A DNA stretch of 64,000 bases from Candidatus Lloydbacteria bacterium (GCA_043719805.1 JAYSTI010000001.1:80230-144229); one strand, 5' to 3'; counted from the first letter of the stretch, positions 29,161 to 38,437 are shown. The notes: generated by a model from the sequence alone, not told the origin. Made by a program: numbers and translations.

Positions 29161-29271
29161 TGCACTATTTCCTTCAAATCAGAGAACGAACGCAATATCC
29201 CTTGCGTTATGGGGGTCTACTTTCGTAGCTTTTTCCGTTTACATAGTAGCATGATTATAGAATAAAGTCAA
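29161..29271 (-). promoter_or_regulatory. Sigma70 promoter plus conserved structured 5' leader, copy 2
   Basis: TTGACT-17-TACTAT; leader GGAAAAAGCTAC-GAAA-GTAGACCCCCATAACGCAA-GGGATA-TTGCGT. Confidence 0.7.
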
Positions 29272-29330
29272 GCAAAGATAGGCCCAGGTATTCCCCGCCG
29301 GTAAATGCGACGACAACTGCGAACGAAATT

Positions 29331-29447
29331 TTTTGTGGACTATTCCGTCATTTGAAGAAAGGCGTGGGCGTACTTCAAGGACGTAAATCCGAGCTACGCG
29401 CCTTCACAAAATTAATGACGTGATGCGAAGACCATTGTCCACAGAAA
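29331..29447. repeat. Long imperfect palindrome upstream of dnaE
   Basis: Nested IRs TTTTGTGGAC/GTCCACAGAA, CGTCATT/AATGACG, AGGCGTG/CGCGCCT; contains GGGCGTACTTC. Confidence 0.6.
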
Positions 29448-29478
29448 GGGGGCGTGGGAACGATGCTATACTCACCGC

Positions 29479-32400
29479 ATGAGTGCCTCCAAAGAAGAAA
29501 AAAAGGTTGAGTTCATCCACCTGCACACCCACACGCACTTCTCTCTTTTGGACGGGCTTTCAAAAGTGGACAAGGTCGTCGCACGCGCGAAAGAGCTCGG
29601 CATGAGTGCCATTGCCATGACCGACCACGGTGCGATGTACGGCGCGATAGAATTTTACAAAGCATGCAAAGCGGAGGGCATCAAGCCCATCATCGGTGTC
29701 GAAGCATACATCGCAAACCGAACGCGTCTCGACAAGGAATCCGGCATCGACAACAAGCGATTCCACCTCACCCTGCTCGCGAAAAACGCCGGCGGATATC
29801 GCAACCTTGTGCGCCTTACGACTGCCGCCCATATCGAGGGATACTACTATAAACCCCGTATGGACAAAGATATTCTGCGGATGTACTCGGAGGGCATTAT
29901 TGCGCTTTCGGGCTGCCCTGCGGGTGAGCTCGGCCGCGCGATACTACGCAGCAACGACCTCGAACGCGCAGAAGCAATCATCCACGAACATCAGGATATT
30001 TTCGGCAAAGAAAATTACTTTATTGAAATAATGCATCATCCGGACGTCGAAGATTTCGAGAGGTGGAGAAGCACGCTCGTCATGCTTTCGCGCAAGCTCG
30101 ACGTGCCACTCGTCGCAACGCAAGATTCACATTACATCAATCCCGACGACTCACGCGCACACAAAACACTCGTCGCCATCTCGACAAATACCGACGTGAA
30201 CGACACGGGAATTTTTTCCGGCGAGGGTGCATACCATTTCATCTCGACCGAAGAAGCACTAGAAAATTTCAAAGACATTCCGGAGGCCGTTGAAAATACC
30301 ATGAAAGTCGCGGCGATGTGCGACATCGCGCTCGAACTCGGAAAGTGGGTCTTCCCCCATGTTGACTTTGGAAAGGGCAATGACGCAAACAAAGAACTGC
30401 GACGTCTCGCAGAGGGCGGGATTGCATTTCGCGAAATGACCGAGACCCCCATCTTGCGCGAGCGCCTCGAATACGAGCTTGAAGTCATCAAAAACAAGGG
30501 TTACTCACCGTACTTTTTGGTGGTTGCAGACCTATTGCGATTTGCGCGTGAAGTCGGCATTTATACAACGGTGCGTGGTTCGGCCGCCGGCTCTCTTATC
30601 ACCTATCTCACGGGTATCACCAACGTCGACCCGATTGAATTCCAGCTTCCGTTCGAACGATTCTTGAATCCGTTTCGCCCCTCTCCTCCCGATATCGATA
30701 TGGACTTCGCCGATAATCGCCGCGAAGAGGTGCTCGAATACGCGAAGCGCAAATACGGCGCAGACAAAGTTGCTCAGATAGGTACGTTCGGGACGATGAT
30801 GGCACGCGGTGCAGTGCGTGATGTGGCTCGTGCACTCGGAAAACCCTACGACGTCGGCGACCGCATTTCAAAGATGATACCCCTCGGCCTTCAGGGATTC
30901 CCGATGACCCTCGATCATGCGATGGAGATAGAACCCGACCTCAAAAAACTCTACAGCACTGACGCAGACACGCGTGAGATCATCGACCTCGCGAAAAAAC
31001 TCGAAGGTTGTGTGCGCCACGTCTCGGTACACGCGGCGGGTGTCGTCATCTCCCCGACCCCGCTCATCGACTTTGTGCCGACACAATACGACCCCAAGGG
31101 CGGTAAGGTCATCACGCAGTACGACATGTATTCCGTCGAAGAGGCCGGCCTCCTCAAATTTGACTTTCTCGGCATTCGCAATCTCGCAATCCTTGGCGAG
31201 GCGGTACGCCTCGTGAAACTCCACCACGGCATTGATGTCAATATCGAAAAGATTCCGTTCGACGACAAAAAAACATTCCAAATGCTCGCGCGCGGAGAGA
31301 CGATCGGCCTCTTTCAATTGAATGGTGGCGGAATGACCAAGGCACTCATGGAACTCAAGCCAAATCGCATCCACGACATCAACGCCATGGTCGCGCTCTA
31401 TCGCCCCGGCCCGATGCAGACTATCGAAGAATACGTCGCACGCAAGCACGGGAGAAGCGAGGTCGTGTACTACCACCCAAAAATGAAGAAGTTTCTAGAC
31501 AAGACGTATGGTCTGCTTGTGTATCAAGACGACCTTTTGTATACCGCCATCGAGCTTGCCGGCTACGATTGGAATGAAGTCGACAAATTTCGCAAAGCGG
31601 TCGGAAAGAAAATTCCCGCCGAGATGGCAAAGCAGCACAAAATATTCGTTGACGGCTGCCTCACCCATAGCGGCATCAAAGCTGCGGACGCTGAAAAGAT
31701 ATGGACATTGTTTGAGCCGTTCCAGGGATACGGATTCAACAAGGCGCACGCCGCCTGCTACGGCCGCGTCGCATACCAGACTGCGTACATGAAGTCGTGT
31801 TATCCGAGCGAGTACATGACCGCCGTCCTTACTGCGGAAGAAGGCGACACGGAAAAAATATCCGAAATCATCACCGAGTGTAAGCGCATGGCGATTCCCG
31901 TCCTCCCGCCGGACATCAACATGAGTCACAATCACTTCACCGTCATCAAGGCCCATAATACCGGGGCCAAAGGTTCAGATTCGGATGAGATGCGAGATGC
32001 GCTGAGTCACGACTCCACTAAGGCGTATGAGCGATACGACGCAGGGGTTCATGATCCCAGCGCAGCGAAGCAGGTCGCCGAATCTGGGCCTTTGGAAAAG
32101 GATCAGATTCGGTTTGGGCTCTTTACGATAAAAAATCTCGGCGAGAATATTGCTGGAGCAATTATCACCGAGCGCGAGTTAAACGGGCCATACAAATCCT
32201 TCAGTGAATTTTTAGAGCGCGTCACGCACAAGGACCTCAACAAAAAATCTCTGGAATCCCTCATCCGCGCGGGCGCATTCGATACGCTCGGTGAAGAGCG
32301 TGGCGCACTTCTCCACAATGTCGACGACGCACTCGAATATCACAAAGAGCATGCGAAGACATTACTCAGCAATCAAGTCTCACTCTTTTCGGTTGTTACG

Positions 32401-32829
32401 AGTGGTAAGGCACTCCCCCAACTGCGACTACGCCCAGCACCTGAAATATTAATGGACCAAAAACTTGCGTGGGAAAAGGAATTATTGGGACTCTATGTAT
32501 CGGGACATCCACTGGACAAACACCGTGAGAAGATTGAGCGTGGCGGAACAAATATCAAAGACGCCAGCGAACACACACATGACGGCATGACGCTTGTCGT
32601 CGCAGGAATCATCGAGGAACACAAGATTGTCATCACCAAAAAGAATGAGCACATGGCATTCCTCAAGATTGCCGACTTCACCGGCTCCATCGAAGTCGTT
32701 GTCTTCCCGCGCACAATGGCCGAATGCAAAGACCTCATCGGACCCGACAAATGCGTCGCCATCAAAGGTCGCTTCTCAAGGCGTAATGATGCCCCGTCAC
32801 TCATTGCGGAAAAAGTGAAGGCACTCTGA
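29479..32829 (+). CDS. dnaE: DNA polymerase III alpha subunit with an in-frame palindromic insertion
   Basis: HLHTHTHFSLLDG PHP domain, RGSAAGS, PDIDMDF, KFDFLG, GFNKAH, C-terminal OB fold. Confidence 0.97.
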   Translation: MSASKEEKKVEFIHLHTHTHFSLLDGLSKVDKVVARAKELGMSAIAMTDHGAMYGAIEFYKACKAEGIKPIIGVEAYIANRTRLDKESGIDNKRFHLTLLAKNAGGYRNLVRLTTAAHIEGYYYKPRMDKDILRMYSEGIIALSGCPAGELGRAILRSNDLERAEAIIHEHQDIFGKENYFIEIMHHPDVEDFERWRSTLVMLSRKLDVPLVATQDSHYINPDDSRAHKTLVAISTNTDVNDTGIFSGEGAYHFISTEEALENFKDIPEAVENTMKVAAMCDIALELGKWVFPHVDFGKGNDANKELRRLAEGGIAFREMTETPILRERLEYELEVIKNKGYSPYFLVVADLLRFAREVGIYTTVRGSAAGSLITYLTGITNVDPIEFQLPFERFLNPFRPSPPDIDMDFADNRREEVLEYAKRKYGADKVAQIGTFGTMMARGAVRDVARALGKPYDVGDRISKMIPLGLQGFPMTLDHAMEIEPDLKKLYSTDADTREIIDLAKKLEGCVRHVSVHAAGVVISPTPLIDFVPTQYDPKGGKVITQYDMYSVEEAGLLKFDFLGIRNLAILGEAVRLVKLHHGIDVNIEKIPFDDKKTFQMLARGETIGLFQLNGGGMTKALMELKPNRIHDINAMVALYRPGPMQTIEEYVARKHGRSEVVYYHPKMKKFLDKTYGLLVYQDDLLYTAIELAGYDWNEVDKFRKAVGKKIPAEMAKQHKIFVDGCLTHSGIKAADAEKIWTLFEPFQGYGFNKAHAACYGRVAYQTAYMKSCYPSEYMTAVLTAEEGDTEKISEIITECKRMAIPVLPPDINMSHNHFTVIKAHNTGAKGSDSDEMRDALSHDSTKAYERYDAGVHDPSAAKQVAESGPLEKDQIRFGLFTIKNLGENIAGAIITERELNGPYKSFSEFLERVTHKDLNKKSLESLIRAGAFDTLGEERGALLHNVDDALEYHKEHAKTLLSNQVSLFSVVTSGKALPQLRLRPAPEILMDQKLAWEKELLGLYVSGHPLDKHREKIERGGTNIKDASEHTHDGMTLVVAGIIEEHKIVITKKNEHMAFLKIADFTGSIEVVVFPRTMAECKDLIGPDKCVAIKGRFSRRNDAPSLIAEKVKAL
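31967..32095 (+). repeat. Palindromic element family 1, copy E, in frame inside dnaE (129 nt)
   Basis: IR CCAAAGGTTCAGATTCGG/CCGAATCTGGGCCTTTGG; arms GGATGAGATGCGAGATG / CAGCGAAGCAGGTCGCC; apical GGCGTAT..ATACGAC. Confidence 0.85.
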
Positions 32830-32862
32830 TAAAAGAAAAACCGACATGTGTCGGTTTTTGTT

Positions 32863-33177
32863 TCAAGTTGGCAGATAATCAGGATCGATTGCGCCGTCAG
32901 CCTCGACCGCCTTCTTGAGACCGGAGCAGTTGTCATACATCGATTGTACGATCTTCTTTACGACATCCTGCATCTTCGCACGATTGATGGACGGATATTG
33001 GAAGATCATAAACTCGACGCCGAGAACACTCTCTTCGAGATGATCCATGAGATCGGAATAGTCATGACTCACATTGGCGGCGTTGATCATGTCCACGATG
33101 ATCTGGTGGTCGATATCAATGACCTCATCGCTCATCGCCTGCTCAAATTCGCGCATTCTCCACTTGATCTCAATCAT
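32863..33177 (-). CDS. Small hypothetical protein (paralog of 33296..33610)
   Basis: MIEIKWRMREFEQA...DYLPT; SD AGGAGG. Confidence 0.75.
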   Translation of the reverse strand: MIEIKWRMREFEQAMSDEVIDIDHQIIVDMINAANVSHDYSDLMDHLEESVLGVEFMIFQYPSINRAKMQDVVKKIVQSMYDNCSGLKKAVEADGAIDPDYLPT

Positions 33178-33295
33178 GATGCTCACCCTCCTATTAGAAC
33201 TTAACCCGTTTGAATGCTACACAATTGCCCCAAATTTGGCAAAAAAAGACCGGCATTACGCAGGTCTCCGGTTCGCTATGTCGGTTCGCCTTTCG

Positions 33296-33610
33296 TCACG
33301 CCGGGAGGTAGTCCGCGTCGAGTGAGCCATCTTTCTTTACTGCAACCACGGCACCGGGGCACGTGTTGTAGATCGACTTGATCAATGCCTTCACACCATC
33401 CTGAAGCTTCGATTCGTCGGCGGCGGGATTGACCATAATGAGCTTTTTGCACACCTCGATCTGCGCTCTCATGTACCCGATGATGGGGATATGGTCATGC
33501 GTCTTGTTTGCCCTCTGAATTGCGGTGACCAATTGGTCGTGCGCGACAGGAAGCAACGCCTCATCAACGGCTTCGAAATGTTCCCGAAGCCGCCACTTGA
33601 TCTCGATCAT
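33296..33610 (-). CDS. Small hypothetical protein (paralog of 32863..33177)
   Basis: MIEIKWRLREHFEA...DYLPA; SD GAGGAGG. Confidence 0.75.
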   Translation of the reverse strand: MIEIKWRLREHFEAVDEALLPVAHDQLVTAIQRANKTHDHIPIIGYMRAQIEVCKKLIMVNPAADESKLQDGVKALIKSIYNTCPGAVVAVKKDGSLDADYLPA

Positions 33611-33709
33611 ATCGTCCTCCTCGGATAAACAACTGTTCACAGAGTCTCACAAATGAGCGTAGAGAGCAAACTCGTGCGCTGGCAGCGGCCAACCGGGCTT
33701 CTCGCATGT

Positions 33710-34135
33710 CTATTTCTTCAGCCAATCGGGACGCGTGTGCTCGTCTATCGAAATATCAAATTCATGATAATTGTTGGTTAGCTCCTCGCCTTCTGCCGTG
33801 TCTCTATTCGCAACAAAAAAAGGTTCGAGAGAAATGTTGCTATCGTGTACAACGGTCAAATTGTGCGCGGACTCGCTGTGGTTCGCATAAAGCGCCGGGT
33901 CATTCTCTGGCGGATAAATATATTGATGCGACGCAACCGAAAGATACGCGACCTTCTCAATATACTCCTTCCCGCTGTCGTCGAGTTTCGCATGCTCTTC
34001 TACAGAAAGCGTCAGATCATGCCCCGGAACATACTTCCACACTACTTCTCCCTTCGGTATTTTTTGCGATGAAAAAACTCCCTTACCTTCGATGACTGAA
34101 TCTTGAACGTGTACGGGAAATAGATACATATGCAA
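33710..34135 (-). CDS. SET domain protein
   Basis: SVIEGKGVF, ANHS...N, ANRD..GEELTNNY. Confidence 0.88.
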   Translation of the reverse strand: MHMYLFPVHVQDSVIEGKGVFSSQKIPKGEVVWKYVPGHDLTLSVEEHAKLDDSGKEYIEKVAYLSVASHQYIYPPENDPALYANHSESAHNLTVVHDSNISLEPFFVANRDTAEGEELTNNYHEFDISIDEHTRPDWLKK

Positions 34136-34792
34136 TTATTTTTTATACAACCAATGCTCTCCCTCGCCGACGACCTCGGTGTTCTCGCCGTCTATCCGGA
34201 GGGCGGTTTCGTCGTCTGCCGCATAAGTTGTCCTGTCTAATTTGTCTTTCAGCGTTTCAAGAAATTCTTTTCTCACTTTTTTGAACCACCCTGAATTTAA
34301 ATGTGGGATGAAAACGATGTCGCACAAATTCATCGTCGTGACCTCCTCGCCCCCGAAACTTTCTTCCGGAAATACTTCCGCACTTAACCCGAGGGGCAAA
34401 AAATGCCCGACAACCATGCTCCCTGCGCTGATTCCCATATACACCTTACTCGTGAGGAGCGGAACTATAAATTCCTTGAACTGCGTCTCCTTCATCACCC
34501 GCGCAAGGTACTTTTCGTCTCCTCCACCTAGACAAACGACGTCTGCGATCAAAAAATGTGGTTTCCAAACTTCCGCAGGAGTTGCAATGTCGACGATGTC
34601 TATTGATTTGAAATTGTATCTTTGAAATTGAACGAGGTTTTCAATAAGCCAGCCCTTGTCCTCCGTACCGGTATTCGCGGCCGTCGGAACAAAGAGGAGC
34701 GCTGTCTCCGAGAGTGGCTTTCCGACAAGCGCCGAAAGCGCGTCCGCGATGACGGAATTTTGTAGTCCCGACGAAGTCAGCAAAAATTTCAT
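34136..34792 (-). CDS. Peptidase S51 / peptidase E family (GATase1-like)
   Basis: LLTSSG, FVPTAA, GGGD, YMGISAGS, FIPH. Confidence 0.88.
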   Translation of the reverse strand: MKFLLTSSGLQNSVIADALSALVGKPLSETALLFVPTAANTGTEDKGWLIENLVQFQRYNFKSIDIVDIATPAEVWKPHFLIADVVCLGGGDEKYLARVMKETQFKEFIVPLLTSKVYMGISAGSMVVGHFLPLGLSAEVFPEESFGGEEVTTMNLCDIVFIPHLNSGWFKKVRKEFLETLKDKLDRTTYAADDETALRIDGENTEVVGEGEHWLYKK

Positions 34793-34837
34793 AAAAAAAT
34801 TATATCACAACACTTCTGATCTTCTTCGCGCGTTATA

Positions 34838-35260
34838 TTATTTTGCCTCGGGGCTCACAATGCCGTCGAAGTGTTCTTCAATTTCATCTGCCTTTGTGTG
34901 TTCCACTATCTTGTCTTTATGTTCGGGCGTCGCATAGATAGTATAGAGCTTGAGATCACATACCCCCGTGTTCACAACGTTGTGATTTGTTCCCGCAGGG
35001 ATGATGACGGCATGGTCGACGGGAAGCGTAAATGACTCATCGTTCAATGTGACCCTCGCTTCGCCCGCTTCGACGCGGATGAACTGATCAAGATGATGCA
35101 CCTCTTCTCCTATTTCCTCACCGACAGGGAGGCTCATGAGCACGAGCTGCATATTTTTCGCAGTAAAAAGCACGCGCCGATAATCGCCGTTCACGAGTGT
35201 CTCCTCTTCAATATTTACAATGTATCCGCGTTTTGGTGTATTCATCACGATGTTCATCAT
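34838..35260 (-). CDS. Cupin domain protein
   Basis: QLVLMSL..GEEIGEEVH..DQFIRVE, IPAGTNHNV, LKLYTIY. Confidence 0.9.
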   Translation of the reverse strand: MMNIVMNTPKRGYIVNIEEETLVNGDYRRVLFTAKNMQLVLMSLPVGEEIGEEVHHLDQFIRVEAGEARVTLNDESFTLPVDHAVIIPAGTNHNVVNTGVCDLKLYTIYATPEHKDKIVEHTKADEIEEHFDGIVSPEAK

Positions 35261-35465
35261 TAACGTCTAATTTCACTGATTATACACCCCGATGTTCACT
35301 CTTCAATTCTTGGCCCTCCATCACAAATGCTCACACTTCGTCAAATGAGCCGTACGGACTGTTTCTACAAAACGTGAAAATATTTGACTTTCGACGGCAA
35401 TAGTGTTACTATTTGAACAGCCTCGTTCCCGGCATAAAGGGAAAGCACATTCACAGGAGAGACAG

Positions 35466-35867
35466 ATGAACCGAAGCAAAGTTCTCGACCCGCGCTTTTG
35501 GAGAACGTGGGCACGCTCGGGGGCACTCTGTACCCCCGGCCAAAAGGTTTCTACTCGCGTGAGCGAAGAGAATCTCGCACGCAAGTGCCGCAAGGAAGGC
35601 GTCGATTTCACGCGAGTCAACGTGTGCGTCCCGCGCTGGGCGCAAAGCGCGCCGCGCACGAAGGGTGCAAAGTCGGCTCTCGTCCACACCGACCTCATCG
35701 TCCGGAGCGATGGCTCAGTGGTCTACCTCGACGGCATGATGGGAATGGACTCGATGTCTCTCGGCTATGCACACGTCAAGGGTAAGTCCAATCCGGACAA
35801 TCTCCCGTGGGACGAGTACGTCGCATCCGTGACCGACCTCCCCGAGAAGGAAGTCTTCGTCTGGTGA
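35466..35867 (+). CDS. Hypothetical protein
   Basis: TTGACT...TACTAT promoter, SD AGGAG, terminator downstream. Confidence 0.65.
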   Translation: MNRSKVLDPRFWRTWARSGALCTPGQKVSTRVSEENLARKCRKEGVDFTRVNVCVPRWAQSAPRTKGAKSALVHTDLIVRSDGSVVYLDGMMGMDSMSLGYAHVKGKSNPDNLPWDEYVASVTDLPEKEVFVW

Positions 35868-35979
35868 AGTATCGGTTCGGGCTTTTTACAAGTCCACCGG
35901 CAGAAATTCTGCCTCGGTGGACTTTCTGTTTTATTGAACGAAAATTGACCTCATTTGTTTCGACGAGTATACTCAAAAC

Positions 35980-36144
35980 ACTTGAGATTGCTTTGGCCAC
36001 CAACCAAAGACTACGTGGTGAAAACCCTAATCAAGTATGAATAAGTGTTCTCGGGAATACCCGGGAGAATCGAGGTGGAACCGCGGCCAGATCGCCCTCG
36101 TAAGCATATGACGGAGTCATATTCTTACGAGGGTGATTTTTTTT
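35980..36144 (+). promoter_or_regulatory. T-box riboswitch (Thr) upstream of thrS, attenuator type
   Basis: Promoter TTGACC-17-TATACT; T-box AATCGAGGTGGAACCGCG; antiterminator GAGG-TGGAACC-GCG...CGC-CCTC; terminator ATCGCCCTCGTAAG...CTTACGAGGGTGAT + T-run; ACC in hairpin loop at 35999-36001. Confidence 0.85.
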
Positions 36145-36168
36145 ATTTATTACTCATTATTGAATCAT

Positions 36169-37911
36169 ATGGACAACGCGGAAAAACTGCATAATACGAG
36201 ACATACATTTGCCCACCTCCTTGCGATGGCGGCTATCGAATTCGACCCCGAGGTGAAGCTCGGTATCGGACCCGTCACGGAAAGCGGCTTCTACTACGAC
36301 TTCGCATTTTCGAAGACCCCAACCCCGGAAGACCTGAAAGGCTTCGAAAAATCAATGCGCAAATTCATCAATCAAAAACTTGCGATGAACGGCCGTGAGA
36401 TTACAAAAGCTGAGGGGGAAAAACTTTTCGCGGGACAACCATTGAAGCTTGAGCTCTTGGAACAATATGCAAAAGAAGACAAAACACTCACCGCATATAC
36501 TTTGGGCAATTTCACCGACCTCTGTAAGGGCGGCCACGTTGAGAGTACAGGTGAAGTAGACGCCGGTGCATTCTCACTCATTCGCATCGCCGGCGCGTAC
36601 TGGCGCGGAGATGAAAAGAATCAAATGCTCACGCGCATCTACGGATACGCCTTCGATACAAAGGACGACCTTCTCGAATACGAGACCATGCTCGTGGAAG
36701 CAAAGAAGCGCGACCACAAGAAGCTCGGCAAAGAGTTGGACCTTTTCACATTCTCCGACCTAGTCGGCCCCGGACTTCCCCTCTTTACTCCGAAAGGAAC
36801 CCACTTGCGCAACACGCTCGATGAATACGTGTGGCAGCTACGTCGCGCACGCGGATATGAGAAAGTCGAGATTCCACACATCACCAAAAAGGAGCTCTAC
36901 ATCACTAGTGGACATTGGGACAAATTCAAGGACGAGCTCTTCCGCATCACGACGCGCGAGGGTCACGAATTCGCGATGAAGCCGATGAATTGTCCGCACC
37001 ACACGCAAATTTATGACCGTAAGGCTTGGAGCTACCGCGAACTACCGCAACGATACGCAAACTCAACTGCTTGCTACCGCGATGAGCAATCCGGAGAACT
37101 CTCAGGGCTTTCACGCGTCCGCGCATTCACGCAAGACGATGCGCACGTGTTTTGCCGCATGTCGCAGGCGAAGGAGGAGTTTCTGAAGATATGGGATATA
37201 GTGCAAATATTCTACAAAACATTCGGATTCGACCTACGCGTCCGCATCTCAAAACACGACCCGGCCAAACCGGAAAACTATCTCGGGGGCAAGGAAAATT
37301 GGGCAATCGCCGAGCAGATGCTCGAGGATATTGCGAAAGAAAAAAATGCTAATTCATTCGAGGGGGTCGGCGAGGCCGCTTTTTACGGACCAAAGCTCGA
37401 CTTCATGGCAAAGGACGCCATCGGTCGCGAGTGGCAAGTCGCAACGATTCAACTCGACATGAACATGCCTGAGCGATTTAACCTCGTGTGCACCAACGAG
37501 AAGGGCGAAAAAGAACGCATTGTCATGATTCATGCCGCCATCATGGGCTCGATTGACCGATTCCTCTCGATACTTATCGAACACACCGGCGGTAACTTCC
37601 CCCTCTGGCTCTCACCGATGCAAGTAGTCATCGTCCCCATCAGCGACGCACACCAGGCATTTGCACAAGAGGTGGCGGCAAAGCTCCGCGAGCATGATAT
37701 TCGCGTGTCGCTCATCCTCGATAGTGAATCACTCGGCAAGAAAATTCGGGATGCAAAAGTAGGCAAGATTCCCTACACCCTCGTCATCGGCGATGCCGAA
37801 GTCGCAGGTCGCACCGTGACACTTGAGTCCCGTGAGGAAGGCAAGGTCGGAGAGCTCAGCCTCGACAATCTCCTCGCGCGTTTTTCGGAAGAAATTGCTT
37901 CAAAAAAATAA
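36169..37911 (+). CDS. thrS: Threonine--tRNA ligase
   Basis: DLCKGGH, GAYWRGDE, RDHKKLG, KPMNCPHH, FTQDDAH, AFYGPKLD. Confidence 0.97.
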   Translation: MDNAEKLHNTRHTFAHLLAMAAIEFDPEVKLGIGPVTESGFYYDFAFSKTPTPEDLKGFEKSMRKFINQKLAMNGREITKAEGEKLFAGQPLKLELLEQYAKEDKTLTAYTLGNFTDLCKGGHVESTGEVDAGAFSLIRIAGAYWRGDEKNQMLTRIYGYAFDTKDDLLEYETMLVEAKKRDHKKLGKELDLFTFSDLVGPGLPLFTPKGTHLRNTLDEYVWQLRRARGYEKVEIPHITKKELYITSGHWDKFKDELFRITTREGHEFAMKPMNCPHHTQIYDRKAWSYRELPQRYANSTACYRDEQSGELSGLSRVRAFTQDDAHVFCRMSQAKEEFLKIWDIVQIFYKTFGFDLRVRISKHDPAKPENYLGGKENWAIAEQMLEDIAKEKNANSFEGVGEAAFYGPKLDFMAKDAIGREWQVATIQLDMNMPERFNLVCTNEKGEKERIVMIHAAIMGSIDRFLSILIEHTGGNFPLWLSPMQVVIVPISDAHQAFAQEVAAKLREHDIRVSLILDSESLGKKIRDAKVGKIPYTLVIGDAEVAGRTVTLESREEGKVGELSLDNLLARFSEEIASKK

Positions 37912-37996
37912 CCCTACCAATAAAACGCTTGCGGGGTTTATCCAACACCGTATACTGAAAATAGACCTGTTCACCACACCTGCCGCGAGGTTCACG

Positions 37997-38437
37997 ATGA
38001 AACATCAGCCGATCCTACTTGATGGGGTCGCAGCTCCCGACCCCAAATATGCACCTCTTGGCGTTTACATTGCCTACGCGCCGGACGAAATGACTGAACT
38101 TGAACATCTCGTCGATTTTCTGTGTGCATATCTCGGAATTACCCCGCGCATGAAGCGCAAGGCATCCACCCATCCGTACTGCCAAGTGGGTGAGGACGAA
38201 GTGAGTCTGCCCATGCTCACAAAACTCATGCCCATGCTTTGCAATGAAGGCGTTGGAGTGGCGATAGGATTCTTCTATCCCAAAGCAAAGAAGCATGCGA
38301 TGCCCGACAACATGACCGCATTTCGCGCCTACAAGGCACACCTTGATGCTGGCAAGGAACCCGGACTTGAGGAAGTGCTCCTCGTCTACAAAGAAGTCGA
38401 AAGTCTATACTTCCCCACTGGAAGCAGGCTCAATTGA
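37997..38437 (+). CDS. Hypothetical protein
   Basis: TTGCGG...TATACT promoter, GAGG SD, terminator downstream. Confidence 0.6.
   Translation: MKHQPILLDGVAAPDPKYAPLGVYIAYAPDEMTELEHLVDFLCAYLGITPRMKRKASTHPYCQVGEDEVSLPMLTKLMPMLCNEGVGVAIGFFYPKAKKHAMPDNMTAFRAYKAHLDAGKEPGLEEVLLVYKEVESLYFPTGSRLN

Noticed and set aside
31967-32095. Intein or self-splicing intron in dnaE
   Set aside because: Only 43 codons, no C/S...HN intein termini, no group I/II core; it matches the intergenic palindrome family instead.
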